A stretch of 64,000 bases of DNA from Nitrosopumilus sp. (GTDB lineage: Archaea; Thermoproteota; Nitrososphaeria; Nitrososphaerales; Nitrosopumilaceae): assembly GCA_965205675.1 (NCBI GenBank), contig OZ242186.1, positions 576,001 to 640,000 on the forward strand, written 5' to 3'. The notes beneath the pieces are model-generated. The model saw only the letters and a list, made by a program, of their open reading frames with translations, did not search any database and was not told the origin of the DNA. Numbering within the stretch: the first letter of the stretch is position 1; every line of letters begins with the position of its first letter. Below, piece after piece: positions 30,753 through 40,009 of this stretch. The translations under genes and the position numbers were made by a program.

Positions 30753-31394
30753 TTAGTTTACTGTGACACTACCGGCCATCCATGGGTGAACTATACAGAA
30801 GTAATTGTGGTTACCTACGTCATTAAAGGTAAATGCAAAAGATGCATCTGCCAGGACTAGGCTACTATCAAATACGCCTGATGGGCCATTAGCTGGACTA
30901 CCGCTTGTAACTGTATGTGCTGCTGTGTCTATGTTCATCCATTCTACTGTATCTCCAGCATTGATTGTGATATCTGCTGGTAAGTAGCATGTATTACTTT
31001 CTTCACATCCTGGAACTGAAGTTCCTGTTGGAATATCAACAACATGTGTCGTTGGTTCTGATGGTTCATCCATCATGGTCTCATCCATCATGGTCTCATC
31101 CATCATGGTCTCATCCATCATGGTCTCATCCATCATGGTCTCATCCATCATGGTCTCATCCATCATGGTCTCATCCATCATGGTCTCATCCATCATGGTC
31201 TCATCCATCATGGTCTCATCCATGTGCATTTCTTCTTCAAGTCCATCAGATGAAACTGTTGGAGTTGAGATTGCTGGAGAATTGTCAACAGAATTTCCTG
31301 CAACTGCAATTCCTACGCCTATTAGCGCAATTGCAATTGAGAATACTATTGCTGCTTTGTCTATATCTGCCATAATTGATCCATGACTTGTCAT
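30753..31394 (-). CDS. membrane-anchored type-1 copper (cupredoxin) protein with a Met-rich repeat linker
   Basis: N-terminal TM helix, AAHTVTSG and YFCIVHPWM ligands; exact start uncertain. Confidence 0.9.
   Translation of the reverse strand: MTSHGSIMADIDKAAIVFSIAIALIGVGIAVAGNSVDNSPAISTPTVSSDGLEEEMHMDETMMDETMMDETMMDETMMDETMMDETMMDETMMDETMMDETMMDETMMDEPSEPTTHVVDIPTGTSVPGCEESNTCYLPADITINAGDTVEWMNIDTAAHTVTSGSPANGPSGVFDSSLVLADASFAFTFNDVGNHNYFCIVHPWMAGSVTVN
31074..31223. repeat. 10 perfect 15-bp tandem repeats encoding MDETM
   Basis: (CATGGTCTCATCCAT)x10 plus a partial unit. Confidence 0.97.
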
Positions 31395-31494
31395 ATGGTA
31401 AATAAATCTAATTAATCTCCTCCAATTGTTTATGCCTAAGTTGTACATGTATTGATCCGATCAGACTGGCAAATAGTGTGATTAAAGGTAGGCA

Positions 31495-31780
31495 TGGCAA
31501 ATGGAAATGCCATAACGTTTCCAGTATCTGACAGAAAGTATGATGTTCTCATGGAATTAATCACAAAACACACCAGAAAAGATTCGCTATATTATACAGA
31601 TGATTGGATTGTGTATGTATATTTGATAGTGTAAGGAAAGCACAAGGCCATATCTCATGGAATAGATGCAAGTATGTTAGAGGTGATGCTTAGATTAATG
31701 GAATGGAAGTATTTTGAAGTTATGCTAAAACTTGGATGTGTCATTACAGCGGAGGTTCCCAGACAATATTCTGATCTGTT
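31495..31780 (+). pseudogene. IS1595-family (ISXO2-like) transposase remnant
   Basis: NGNAITFPVSDRK..LITKHTRKDSLYYTDD, then KYVRGDA*INGMEVF*SYAKTW. Confidence 0.8.
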
Positions 31781-31857
31781 ACAATTTCGAAAAAGTGACT
31801 CTTTTGTCTATATATTTTGAATACTCTATTTATGATCATAGATTGAAAGATGTAGAT

Positions 31858-32064
31858 ATGCTTGAATCTCATGCATTCTTTTCAAAAATAGTAGATGAAT
31901 TAGTTGAATTCTCAGAATATGATCCTGAATTAGCAGATGGGATAAAATGGCTTGATGATCAAGCTCAGAAAAAGGGCATTACCTTCTATGATATGGTTTT
32001 TGAAGTGTTATACAAACACGACGTACATTCTAAAGCTAAAGATTGGCTAAGTACAAGAAACTAA
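31858..32064 (+). CDS. small hypothetical protein (68 aa)
   Basis: Probable start MLESHAFF; the upstream extension in the ORF track runs into the IS remnant. Confidence 0.7.
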   Translation: MLESHAFFSKIVDELVEFSEYDPELADGIKWLDDQAQKKGITFYDMVFEVLYKHDVHSKAKDWLSTRN

Positions 32065-32066
32065 CT

Positions 32067-33230
32067 TTATTTTCTCAAATCTAATGTTTTGTATTCACAT
32101 CCTTCTGGTCCACAGTATTTACCTACATAGACTGCTTTAGGTCTATACAGTGCTGGTTTTGGTGCGGCTTCTGCAAATTTTTCTTCAATGATATGTGCTG
32201 CCCATCCTACAACCCGTGATATCGCAAAAATAGGCGTATTAAGATCAACTGGGATTTTTAGCATATAGTATATTGATGCACTGTACAAATCTACATTTGG
32301 ATAAATATCTCGATTCTTCTGGGATTTCATCTCTGCTATTGTTACCGTTTCAATTTTTTCTGTCATTTTAAACCATGGTTCCCTAGTTTTTTCTGCAAGT
32401 TTTCTTGATAATTCTTTTAGTACTTGTGCTCTTGGATCATATGTTCTGTAAACTGCATGACCCATTCCCATTATTCTGTCTCCTATGCTGATTTTTTCTT
32501 TAATCCATTTTTCAACTTTTTCAATATCTACAATTTCTAAAAGCATTTTCATTACTTCTGTATTTGCCCCCCCATGTAACTCTCCACTTAATGCACCAAT
32601 TGCTGCACTTGCAGCTGAATACATGTGTGCCCTAGTTGATGCTACTTGCCTAGCTGTGAAAGTAGATGCATTAAATGTATGATCTGCATGAAGAATTAAA
32701 CAGACATCAAAGATTTTTTCAACTTCTGGATCTGGTTTTTCTCCTGACATCATGTATAGGAAATTTGCTGCATGGCTTAGTGTCGAATCAGGATCTACAA
32801 TTTCTAACCCGTTCCTAATCCTTTGCCAACTTGCAATGATTGTTGGTACTTTGGCAATCAGATTGATGGCTTTATCATAACTTGCATCTTTATTTGAAAA
32901 TTCTTCATCATAATACCCTGCTAATGCTGAGACAAATGCTTGAAGCATATCCATTGGATCTGCATCTTTTCTCCAATTGCCCATGTTTTTCTGCATTTGT
33001 TTTGGAATGTATCTGGCATCAACTAATTTTGCATTAAATTCATCTAATTCTTGTTTAGTGGGTAATTGGTCATAGAGTAATAGATATGCTGTTTCTTCAA
33101 ATGTCGAGTTTTTAGTAAGATCTAATATGTCAAACCCTCTGTAAATCAGCTTGCCTTTTTCACCATCAATGTTTGAAATTCTGGTATCTGCTACCTCAAT
33201 TCCGCGCAAACCAATATTCTTCGTTTCCAC
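32067..33230 (-). CDS. gltA: citrate synthase
   Basis: HADH..NASTF, LHGGAN, MGMGHAVY, DPR and PNVD. Confidence 0.96.
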   Translation of the reverse strand: METKNIGLRGIEVADTRISNIDGEKGKLIYRGFDILDLTKNSTFEETAYLLLYDQLPTKQELDEFNAKLVDARYIPKQMQKNMGNWRKDADPMDMLQAFVSALAGYYDEEFSNKDASYDKAINLIAKVPTIIASWQRIRNGLEIVDPDSTLSHAANFLYMMSGEKPDPEVEKIFDVCLILHADHTFNASTFTARQVASTRAHMYSAASAAIGALSGELHGGANTEVMKMLLEIVDIEKVEKWIKEKISIGDRIMGMGHAVYRTYDPRAQVLKELSRKLAEKTREPWFKMTEKIETVTIAEMKSQKNRDIYPNVDLYSASIYYMLKIPVDLNTPIFAISRVVGWAAHIIEEKFAEAAPKPALYRPKAVYVGKYCGPEGCEYKTLDLRK

Positions 33231-33348
33231 ATTGAGCCTACTGAAAATCTTTTATTATATTTTCGCCAAAATCTTGTCTATGAAGTTTAGCATTTAGTCT
33301 AATATGGCAACTTTTGGTCATAAATGAAAATTTTTAATCAAAAATTGA

Positions 33349-33540
33349 ATGACTCCTAAAGAACGTGAACATTTGAAAAAATTAGATGATTTGGTGCTTA
33401 ATGCGTCTCCTGAAGAACTACAAAAAATTCAAGAAATAGATAATCAAACCCAGATGGAAGGTTTGTCATTATATGAAGTATGTCTTGATTCTAGTTCCTT
33501 GATAAACCGGAGCATCAAAAAATCATCCAAGAAATCTTAA
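33349..33540 (+). CDS. small hypothetical protein (63 aa)
   Basis: ATG ORF; resembles 31858-32064. Confidence 0.6.
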   Translation: MTPKEREHLKKLDDLVLNASPEELQKIQEIDNQTQMEGLSLYEVCLDSSSLINRSIKKSSKKS

Positions 33541-33568
33541 TTTTCATTCTTCATTTAAATGAGGGTTC

Positions 33569-34684
33569 GTGGTTTTTAAATTTGTATTGGCATCTTCAAA
33601 AAAAATAACTAAAAAAACAGCAGCTAAAAAAATAACTAAAAAAACAGCAGCTAAAAAAATAACTAAAAAAACAGCAGCTAAAAAAATAACTAAAAAAACA
33701 GCTTCAAAACGTACTAAAGTCATTTGCATTTCCCATAAAGAAGACTGTGATGGTATTAGCTCTGCAGCTCTTATACGTCAGGCATTTGGCGGTGATGCAA
33801 TCTTAGTTGATTATCCCGGTCAAATGGATGCATTAAATCAAGTTGTTTTAGATGATAAACTAAAATCATTATTCATTTGTGATCTAGGCCTTAGTAAAAA
33901 AACACAAGATGAATTTATTGATATTATGAAAAGACTGAGAAAAAATAAAATTTCAGTTACTTATATTGATCACCATGATATAGATCCTAATGTTGTAAAA
34001 TCTCTAAAAAAAATCAAAGTCAAGTTAATTCATGATATTAATGAATGTACTACGGTCCAAGTTTACAATGCTTACAAATCAAAATTAAATGATCATGCTT
34101 CCTTTGTTGCAACATGTGCTGCAATCACTGATTATATGGAAGACCGTCCTATTGGTTCAAAATTATTACAAATCTATGACCGCCAGTTTGCTTTGATTAG
34201 TGCAACTGTCATGACTTACAATATAGTTGGACATCAAAAAGAACCTGATTACTTGCTATATTTAGTTGAAGAGTTGGCTGAATCTAAATTCCCACACGAT
34301 ATCCCAAATACCTTTGAATTTGCTCAAATTCAAGTAGAGAAACTATCTCAAATAATTGCCAAAGTCAAGAAAGGTATGAAAACTATGAAAAATCTTGGTT
34401 ATATGGAAATTTTAGATTCTGGTGCAAGTGGTGCCGTTAATTTTGTTATGGGCTTGTCTGGAAAAGATGTTGGTGTTGCATACAAAGAGCGTGTAGACCA
34501 TGGCATCTATGCCGTATCTGTTAGGGGTTCAAAGAATTGTAAAGTCCATTTGGGCAAAATTGTAAATCTTTTAGCAACCAGTCTTGGTGGTTCTGGTGGT
34601 GGACATGACAAAGCATGTGGTGCAGTTGTCCCAAAACCAAAAATAAAAAAATTCATTACAGAATTAAATAAAAAAATAAAATGA
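33569..34684 (+). CDS. DHH/DHHA1 phosphoesterase with an N-terminal Lys-rich repeat
   Basis: DCDG, CDLG, IDHH, SVRG and GGGH..ACG. Confidence 0.9.
   Translation: MVFKFVLASSKKITKKTAAKKITKKTAAKKITKKTAAKKITKKTASKRTKVICISHKEDCDGISSAALIRQAFGGDAILVDYPGQMDALNQVVLDDKLKSLFICDLGLSKKTQDEFIDIMKRLRKNKISVTYIDHHDIDPNVVKSLKKIKVKLIHDINECTTVQVYNAYKSKLNDHASFVATCAAITDYMEDRPIGSKLLQIYDRQFALISATVMTYNIVGHQKEPDYLLYLVEELAESKFPHDIPNTFEFAQIQVEKLSQIIAKVKKGMKTMKNLGYMEILDSGASGAVNFVMGLSGKDVGVAYKERVDHGIYAVSVRGSKNCKVHLGKIVNLLATSLGGSGGGHDKACGAVVPKPKIKKFITELNKKIK
33599..33706 (+). repeat. 4 x 27-bp tandem repeat encoding KKITKKTAA
   Basis: AAAAAAATAACTAAAAAAACAGCAGCT x3 plus one variant unit. Confidence 0.95.
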
Positions 34685-35107
34685 TCACTGTAAGAATCTA
34701 GGAATCTTTTTTACTACATGTGAAATTGATATTCTTCCTGGTCCTGCTACAATTATTGCTAAAACTGCAGCTAACATTACAAGGTCCCATTCCCATCCTC
34801 CTTTGGAGATGAAAAATCCATTTTCCCATCTGATGTGAAATATTGCCCCAAGTAAGATCACTGCAAATATTGAACCTGTTACTCTTGTCAGTATTCCGGC
34901 AATTAACAAAATCCCTCCAATGAATTCTGCTAATGCTATTGGCAGTTGCATCTCTGGTGGTAATCCTATACTCACTAACCATTCTTGCCAACTTGGATCA
35001 AATTTCTTCAAACTGTGAACTATGAAAATAATCCCAATTGATGCACTTATTCCCCAATGTGTAATGTCATGTAATGCTTTCTCCTTTAGGATGGCCTCTG
35101 TGTTCAT
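34685..35107 (-). CDS. DoxX family membrane protein
   Basis: FIVHS..KF, AEFIGG..G.LTR and GGWEW. Confidence 0.88.
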   Translation of the reverse strand: MNTEAILKEKALHDITHWGISASIGIIFIVHSLKKFDPSWQEWLVSIGLPPEMQLPIALAEFIGGILLIAGILTRVTGSIFAVILLGAIFHIRWENGFFISKGGWEWDLVMLAAVLAIIVAGPGRISISHVVKKIPRFLQ

Positions 35108-35204
35108 GGATACACGATTTTGAAATTAATTAAAAAGGTTTACCCAAATCAAAAATAAAACTGGAATAATTTTTTAATAATTTGATGATCAATTTGATTC
35201 AAAT

Positions 35205-36317
35205 TTGAATCCTAAATTTCTTGTATCTTTGATTGTAGCTGGTGCTGTCCTTGCAGCTTTAACTGTTTCATTCTCATTTGAATCTAAACCTCTTGTTGTT
35301 TCCCCTTTGATATCTAATGCTGATCTGTCTTATTTAGAGCCGATGATAATGGAAACAAATGGGGTTAAACATAATATCTCACTAGATAAAATCAAAGACG
35401 GTGGACCTCCAAAAGATGGTATTCCCTCCATCGATAATCCCCAATTCGTTGATGCAGATGATGCCGATTTTGTATCTGATTCTGATACTGTTATTGGATT
35501 GGAAATTAATGGTAAATCCAAAGCGTATCCTATCTTTATCTTGGTTTGGCATGAAATTGTAAATGATATTGTAGGTGGAATTCCTGTTGCTGTCACTTAC
35601 TGTCCTCTTTGTTATACCAATCAAGTTTTTGAAAGAGTTATTGATGAACAAAAAGTGGAATTTGGAACTTCTGGAAAATTATACAATAATAATTTACTAA
35701 TGTATGATAGATATCCCGAATCTTATTGGAGTCAAGCTCTTGGACTTGCTGTAAAGGGGGAGTTGACTGGTCACGAATTAAACTTGGTTCCTTTTGATGT
35801 GATAACTTGGGGTGATTGGAAACAACTTCATCCTGACACTAAAGTACTTACTACTGACACAGGACACATTCGCTCATATACAATTGATCCTTATGGAAAT
35901 TATTACACAGAACCTAGGATAATGTTTCCTGTAGAATACCTTGATGATAGATTACATCCGAAAGAAATTATCGTTGGGTTTAATCAAGATAATATTTACA
36001 AAGCTTACAAACAAAGTGATATTGAATCTAAAATTGTAATCAATGATTTCATAGGGCAAACTCCTTTACTGCTTGTTTCATTATTTCCTGAAAATTCTCG
36101 TGCATTTGTAAGAATTGTTGATGATGCTGTATTAGATTTTGTTTTTAAAGATGGCCAAATTTTTGATTCTCAAACTCAATCTGAATGGAATTATAACGGG
36201 TTATCTATATCTGGTAAATATAGTGGGGTGCAATTAGAACGACTGCCAATTCAACCTGGTTTTTGGTTTGAGTGGATTGCATTTCATCCACAAACCCTAA
36301 TCTTTGGTATAGAATAA
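35205..36317 (+). CDS. DUF3179 domain membrane-anchored protein
   Basis: GGPPKDGIPSID, WHEIVND, TYCPLC, FGTSGKL and FWFEW.AFHP. Confidence 0.88.
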   Translation: MNPKFLVSLIVAGAVLAALTVSFSFESKPLVVSPLISNADLSYLEPMIMETNGVKHNISLDKIKDGGPPKDGIPSIDNPQFVDADDADFVSDSDTVIGLEINGKSKAYPIFILVWHEIVNDIVGGIPVAVTYCPLCYTNQVFERVIDEQKVEFGTSGKLYNNNLLMYDRYPESYWSQALGLAVKGELTGHELNLVPFDVITWGDWKQLHPDTKVLTTDTGHIRSYTIDPYGNYYTEPRIMFPVEYLDDRLHPKEIIVGFNQDNIYKAYKQSDIESKIVINDFIGQTPLLLVSLFPENSRAFVRIVDDAVLDFVFKDGQIFDSQTQSEWNYNGLSISGKYSGVQLERLPIQPGFWFEWIAFHPQTLIFGIE

Positions 36318-36796
36318 TGAAATCTGTTTACAAGGCAATTGTTGTTGGTCTTTTTGTTATCTTTGTTTATCTCTTAGTTGTTGTAATTACTACACCTGTT
36401 CTGGATCCGCTAGATGCAATCAATGCTGCATTTCAATTAAACTCTATTGTAATAATTGGTATGGGTACTGGCGTTGGTCTTCAGGTCTTTCTTTCTGAGA
36501 AAGGCAAATTGTTGGGATGTCGACTTTCTGTAAAGAAAAAAGCATTTGGTGGAAATACTGGAAGTACAGCTGTAACCTCTTTTTTCTCTTTAGTTCCTTT
36601 GGGTTGTTGTGGATGGTGGTTGTATGCCCTTTCTTTACTTCCTAGTGTTGTTGGAACTGGTGTTTCTGCTGTATTGATAGAATATAGTCAAGTTATGGCG
36701 TATGTTGGATTATTTGTGATTTTTGGGTTTACTGGATTGACTGCATACAAATTAAACAAAGAACAAAAATTACAAAAAATATTTAATTCATCTTAA
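36317..36796 (+). CDS. membrane protein with a vicinal CC motif
   Basis: About 4 TM segments; LGCCG; start MKSVYK overlaps the DUF3179 stop. Confidence 0.7.
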   Translation: MKSVYKAIVVGLFVIFVYLLVVVITTPVLDPLDAINAAFQLNSIVIIGMGTGVGLQVFLSEKGKLLGCRLSVKKKAFGGNTGSTAVTSFFSLVPLGCCGWWLYALSLLPSVVGTGVSAVLIEYSQVMAYVGLFVIFGFTGLTAYKLNKEQKLQKIFNSS

Positions 36797-37151
36797 TTGA
36801 GAATGCAAAAAATTTACCTTTACTTTTACTGATAAATTTTGCTATTTTAGCCATGAATCCATATTTTTCATCTCTCCATTTTACAGCTTTTATAATTTGT
36901 TCTCCTGTTAAAATTTCTGCAGTGCCTGAAGCCCACTCTCCTATTATCTTTCCTTTCATTGTACACAATGCAATTTTTACTTGTAAATTATTTTGGAGAC
37001 GTTTAACTTTACCTGTTTGATTTCGAGTTACAACATAAATTAAATTGTTTTTTATCACAAACCATACTGGAGTTTTTACTGGTTGATTATTTTTTTTATA
37101 TGTTTCAAGTGAAATGTATTTTTCTGATTTAATTTGTTCTAGATCAAACAT
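36783..37151 (-). CDS. PPOX-class putative F420-dependent oxidoreductase
   Basis: YISLETY, TPVWF, GKVKRL.NN and KYG. Confidence 0.85.
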   Translation of the reverse strand: MFDLEQIKSEKYISLETYKKNNQPVKTPVWFVIKNNLIYVVTRNQTGKVKRLQNNLQVKIALCTMKGKIIGEWASGTAEILTGEQIIKAVKWRDEKYGFMAKIAKFISKSKGKFFAFSIKMN

Positions 37152-37175
37152 TGCTCAATAGTTTGTTTTATTGTT

Positions 37176-37991
37176 TTAATATTTAGGTGACATGGTTAGT
37201 TTTGATTTTGTTGAAATTATAATTACTGAAATAATTGCGATTGCCAATATTAATGATGCAATGACTCCAAATTCTGGTACTACTATCCCATCTTTTATTT
37301 CCACTTGTATTGATTCTTTATGGGCTGATGTTGTTCCCTGATTTGCAGTAATTGTGTATATGCCATCTTCTTTCCACATTGAACCTCCTATTTTCATCTC
37401 AACTTCAAAGTCGCCGTGGATGCTAGGAGTCACTTGCCCAATTGCTACCAAATTTCCCACTGGAGATCTAACAATTAGTGTAATGTCGGTTCCTCCAACA
37501 TTTGTATTTCCTGTGATTGTGATTACATCTGACCCGTTAATTGCATCAGCTGACATTGAAATTCCTTTAGTTATTGGTATTCCTCCTTTGCTTGGTTCAT
37601 CCTCAATTATTCTGGCATCTGGATTTCTTGGAATTGTTTGATATGTGACTATGAATTCTGTTGACGCAATAATTTCTAAATCTTCATGACTGGCTGTTAC
37701 CAAATATACTCCTTCTTTGAAGCTTGGTATTGGCGGATTTAGTAATTTTTGAAATTCTCCATTATCTTTAATTGAGACTTGAGGTGCAAAAATCAATGCC
37801 CCATCTGGACCAATTATCTTTAGTTTAACTGGTTTGAATTGAGATGCATCTGTGATTTTACCTGTAATCCATATTGAATCTAGTGCTTTGATTTGTTCTG
37901 ATGATGTTTGAACTAACAATGTTTGTTCTGCAAAAGCTAAAGTTGAAATCATTGAAACCCCCACTAGTATGAACAGTAAACTCTTTAGCAT
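37176..37991 (-). CDS. PEFG-CTERM surface protein
   Basis: Signal peptide MLKSLLFILVGV..AFA; C-terminal VPEFG followed by a TM helix and basic tail. Confidence 0.9.
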   Translation of the reverse strand: MLKSLLFILVGVSMISTLAFAEQTLLVQTSSEQIKALDSIWITGKITDASQFKPVKLKIIGPDGALIFAPQVSIKDNGEFQKLLNPPIPSFKEGVYLVTASHEDLEIIASTEFIVTYQTIPRNPDARIIEDEPSKGGIPITKGISMSADAINGSDVITITGNTNVGGTDITLIVRSPVGNLVAIGQVTPSIHGDFEVEMKIGGSMWKEDGIYTITANQGTTSAHKESIQVEIKDGIVVPEFGVIASLILAIAIISVIIISTKSKLTMSPKY

Positions 37992-38172
37992 TTTCTTTCT
38001 AACTCTTACTTGTATATGAATTATTTTTATTACTGTGTAGTGATCTTTATTTTTGAATTTCTCTCTATCTTTTTTTACTCCAATTTTTTTAATTTGTATG
38101 TATTTCAATACTGGTAATATACAACCTATTTGAGAAATTGAACAACAACAAAGACAACTATCTTTTTTATGA

Positions 38173-38370
38173 TTACATTCTGGACAATTCATGTTTTTTA
38201 CTTCTTGCTTTTGTCCTAAGTCTTGTTTTACAACAGGGACATGTGTTTTCTTCTGTGAGGAAAAATAATGCACATAATGAACACCATTTTTGACCAATTT
38301 TGTAACGTAGATTATTTGTAAAAGATGTAGATTTTAGACGTTCACATAACCCTTTACACATTTGTGCCAT
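38173..38370 (-). CDS. small zinc-finger protein
   Basis: CKGLC, CSLC and CPCCKTRLR. Confidence 0.8.
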   Translation of the reverse strand: MAQMCKGLCERLKSTSFTNNLRYKIGQKWCSLCALFFLTEENTCPCCKTRLRTKARSKKHELSRM

Positions 38371-38414
38371 GGATACATTTGTTCAAAAATCTATTTAAGA
38401 AAATTTCCAAATTA

Positions 38415-38870
38415 TTATTCTGAAAATTCTATAATAGCGTCAATTTCAATCATAGAATTTAATGGAAGACATGCAACACCTACTGCGATCCTGGAATGTT
38501 TTCCTTTCTCTCCAAATATTTCAAAAAACAAATCTGATGCTGGATTTATTATTTTTGGATGCTGTGTAAATTCTGGCATTGAATTTACAAATCCTGATAA
38601 CTTGACAATTTTTGTAATCTTATCTAGCGTGCCTAATTCCCTCTTTATCTGAGCCAAAATATTGATTGCGCACATTCTTGCTGATTTTTGAGCAATTTCC
38701 ATATTCTCGTCTGAAACTTTGCCTGTGAAAATCACTTTCCCATCTTCCATTGGAATTTGTCCAGAAATGAATAGTAAATTCCCTGTTTTTACTGCTGGAA
38801 CATATGATCCTGCTGGTGTTGGTGGGTTTGGAAGTTTTATTCCTATTGATTCTAGCTTTTCTTCAATCAC
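38415..38870 (-). CDS. RidA/YjgF family protein
   Basis: SYVP, ISGQIP, NPASD, HSRIAVG and LP..IEID. Confidence 0.92.
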   Translation of the reverse strand: MIEEKLESIGIKLPNPPTPAGSYVPAVKTGNLLFISGQIPMEDGKVIFTGKVSDENMEIAQKSARMCAINILAQIKRELGTLDKITKIVKLSGFVNSMPEFTQHPKIINPASDLFFEIFGEKGKHSRIAVGVACLPLNSMIEIDAIIEFSE

Positions 38871-38930
38871 AAATATGTTGCTAAACCAGTCTGATTTTAA
38901 TTTTTATTATCTAGTTTAATTGTCATTATT

Positions 38931-39536
38931 TCAAATTTTAAGATATCCTACTTTTGAAATTTTATTATTGATATTTCTTTGTAATACCACTCGTTCGTTT
39001 GTTTTTCTTCCTCCAAGCAATCTCTCGTTTACGTTTTCCATGAATTCATTAATCTGTTTAAAACAATTACCTATTTCTTTTCTTAATTCCTCATCAGAAC
39101 TATTTTCTTTTGTCCATAAAATTGAAGATGCCACTTCAAACATCCCTGTCATATTTGTTAGTAATAATCCATAATCTTTTTTTGCAAGTTTATTAAATTT
39201 ATGTGAATTAAGATCTTTTGATATATCTGAAAATATTTTTTTATTTTCTAAATTTTTTAATGATTGATTTATTTTAGATTCGTATGTAAAAATTATATTA
39301 TTTACAAATCCTATATTTTCTTCTGTAGAAAAATGATAATATTTTACATAATATGCATCATTTTTATATCCATGTTTTTCCACATGTCCTAACATTTCCA
39401 TTTTTTTTAATATTTCTTTTAGTTTTGAACGATTGAATCTCTTTTTGTTATTCAAACATTTTTTCCAAATGTCTCCAAAATAGTTTTTATCCTCATTCAT
39501 ACATTCTAAAATATAATTAATTGAAATTGTTTGCAT
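38931..39536 (-). CDS. hypothetical protein, possible N-terminal winged helix
   Basis: Very AT-rich 201-aa ORF with NRSKLKEILKKMEMLGHVEK. Confidence 0.6.
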   Translation of the reverse strand: MQTISINYILECMNEDKNYFGDIWKKCLNNKKRFNRSKLKEILKKMEMLGHVEKHGYKNDAYYVKYYHFSTEENIGFVNNIIFTYESKINQSLKNLENKKIFSDISKDLNSHKFNKLAKKDYGLLLTNMTGMFEVASSILWTKENSSDEELRKEIGNCFKQINEFMENVNERLLGGRKTNERVVLQRNINNKISKVGYLKI

Positions 39537-39811
39537 ATGTTTTCATTTATGGGGGAATTATTTATTGATGGTGACTCTATTTTTGAGGCTAATTTACACT
39601 CTTATCTGTTCATACTCAAAAACTGCCAAGTTTTGGGTATTTTGTAGATGCTTATTTTCTGCAAATGTAATGACTATTTCTAATATCATTTTCAATTAGA
39701 TTGTACTTTTTCATGAGGAAGAATTAGATGAAGAGGGATTGCGCAGATGTTTTGACAAGTTCACACCTAAGACTTGAATTGATTCAACAGGAATATGACT
39801 ATAATTATCCA

Positions 39812-40009
39812 TGTGAATTGTTTTTATACATTTCCTCTCTTTCTATACATCAGGGCATGGCTTTCGCTAGAGAATGGTTTCAATCAAAAGATGGCAGACA
39901 TGTATCCATACGAGACTATTCTCTCAATGCTATCTTCATCCTAGTTAGGATTGTTCGCAGTTATTAGACGAGGCCTTGTCCCTCAATAATTACAACGCGA
40001 CTTGCAGTC
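39812..40009 (-). ncRNA. candidate bridge/seek RNA of the IS110 element
   Basis: About 200 nt non-coding with two stem-loops; contains matches to the target flank (9 nt) and element end (7 nt). Confidence 0.6.

Noticed and set aside
30989-31386. Plus-strand ORFs with SWSHP or MVSSI repeats; possible CRISPR array
   Set aside because: These are antisense shadows of the stop-free MDETM repeat. Units are contiguous with no spacers, and no cas genes are present.
35205-36317. DUF3179 as a selenoprotein
   Set aside because: The motif is plain CPLC with no in-frame TGA.
37176-38297. 373-aa PEFG-CTERM protein as called in the ORF track
   Set aside because: The extension overlaps the zinc-finger gene, and the signal peptide begins at 37991.
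39728-39967. 79-aa plus-strand ORF
   Set aside because: It straddles the IS110 junction and is antisense to the structured non-coding end, so it is likely spurious.
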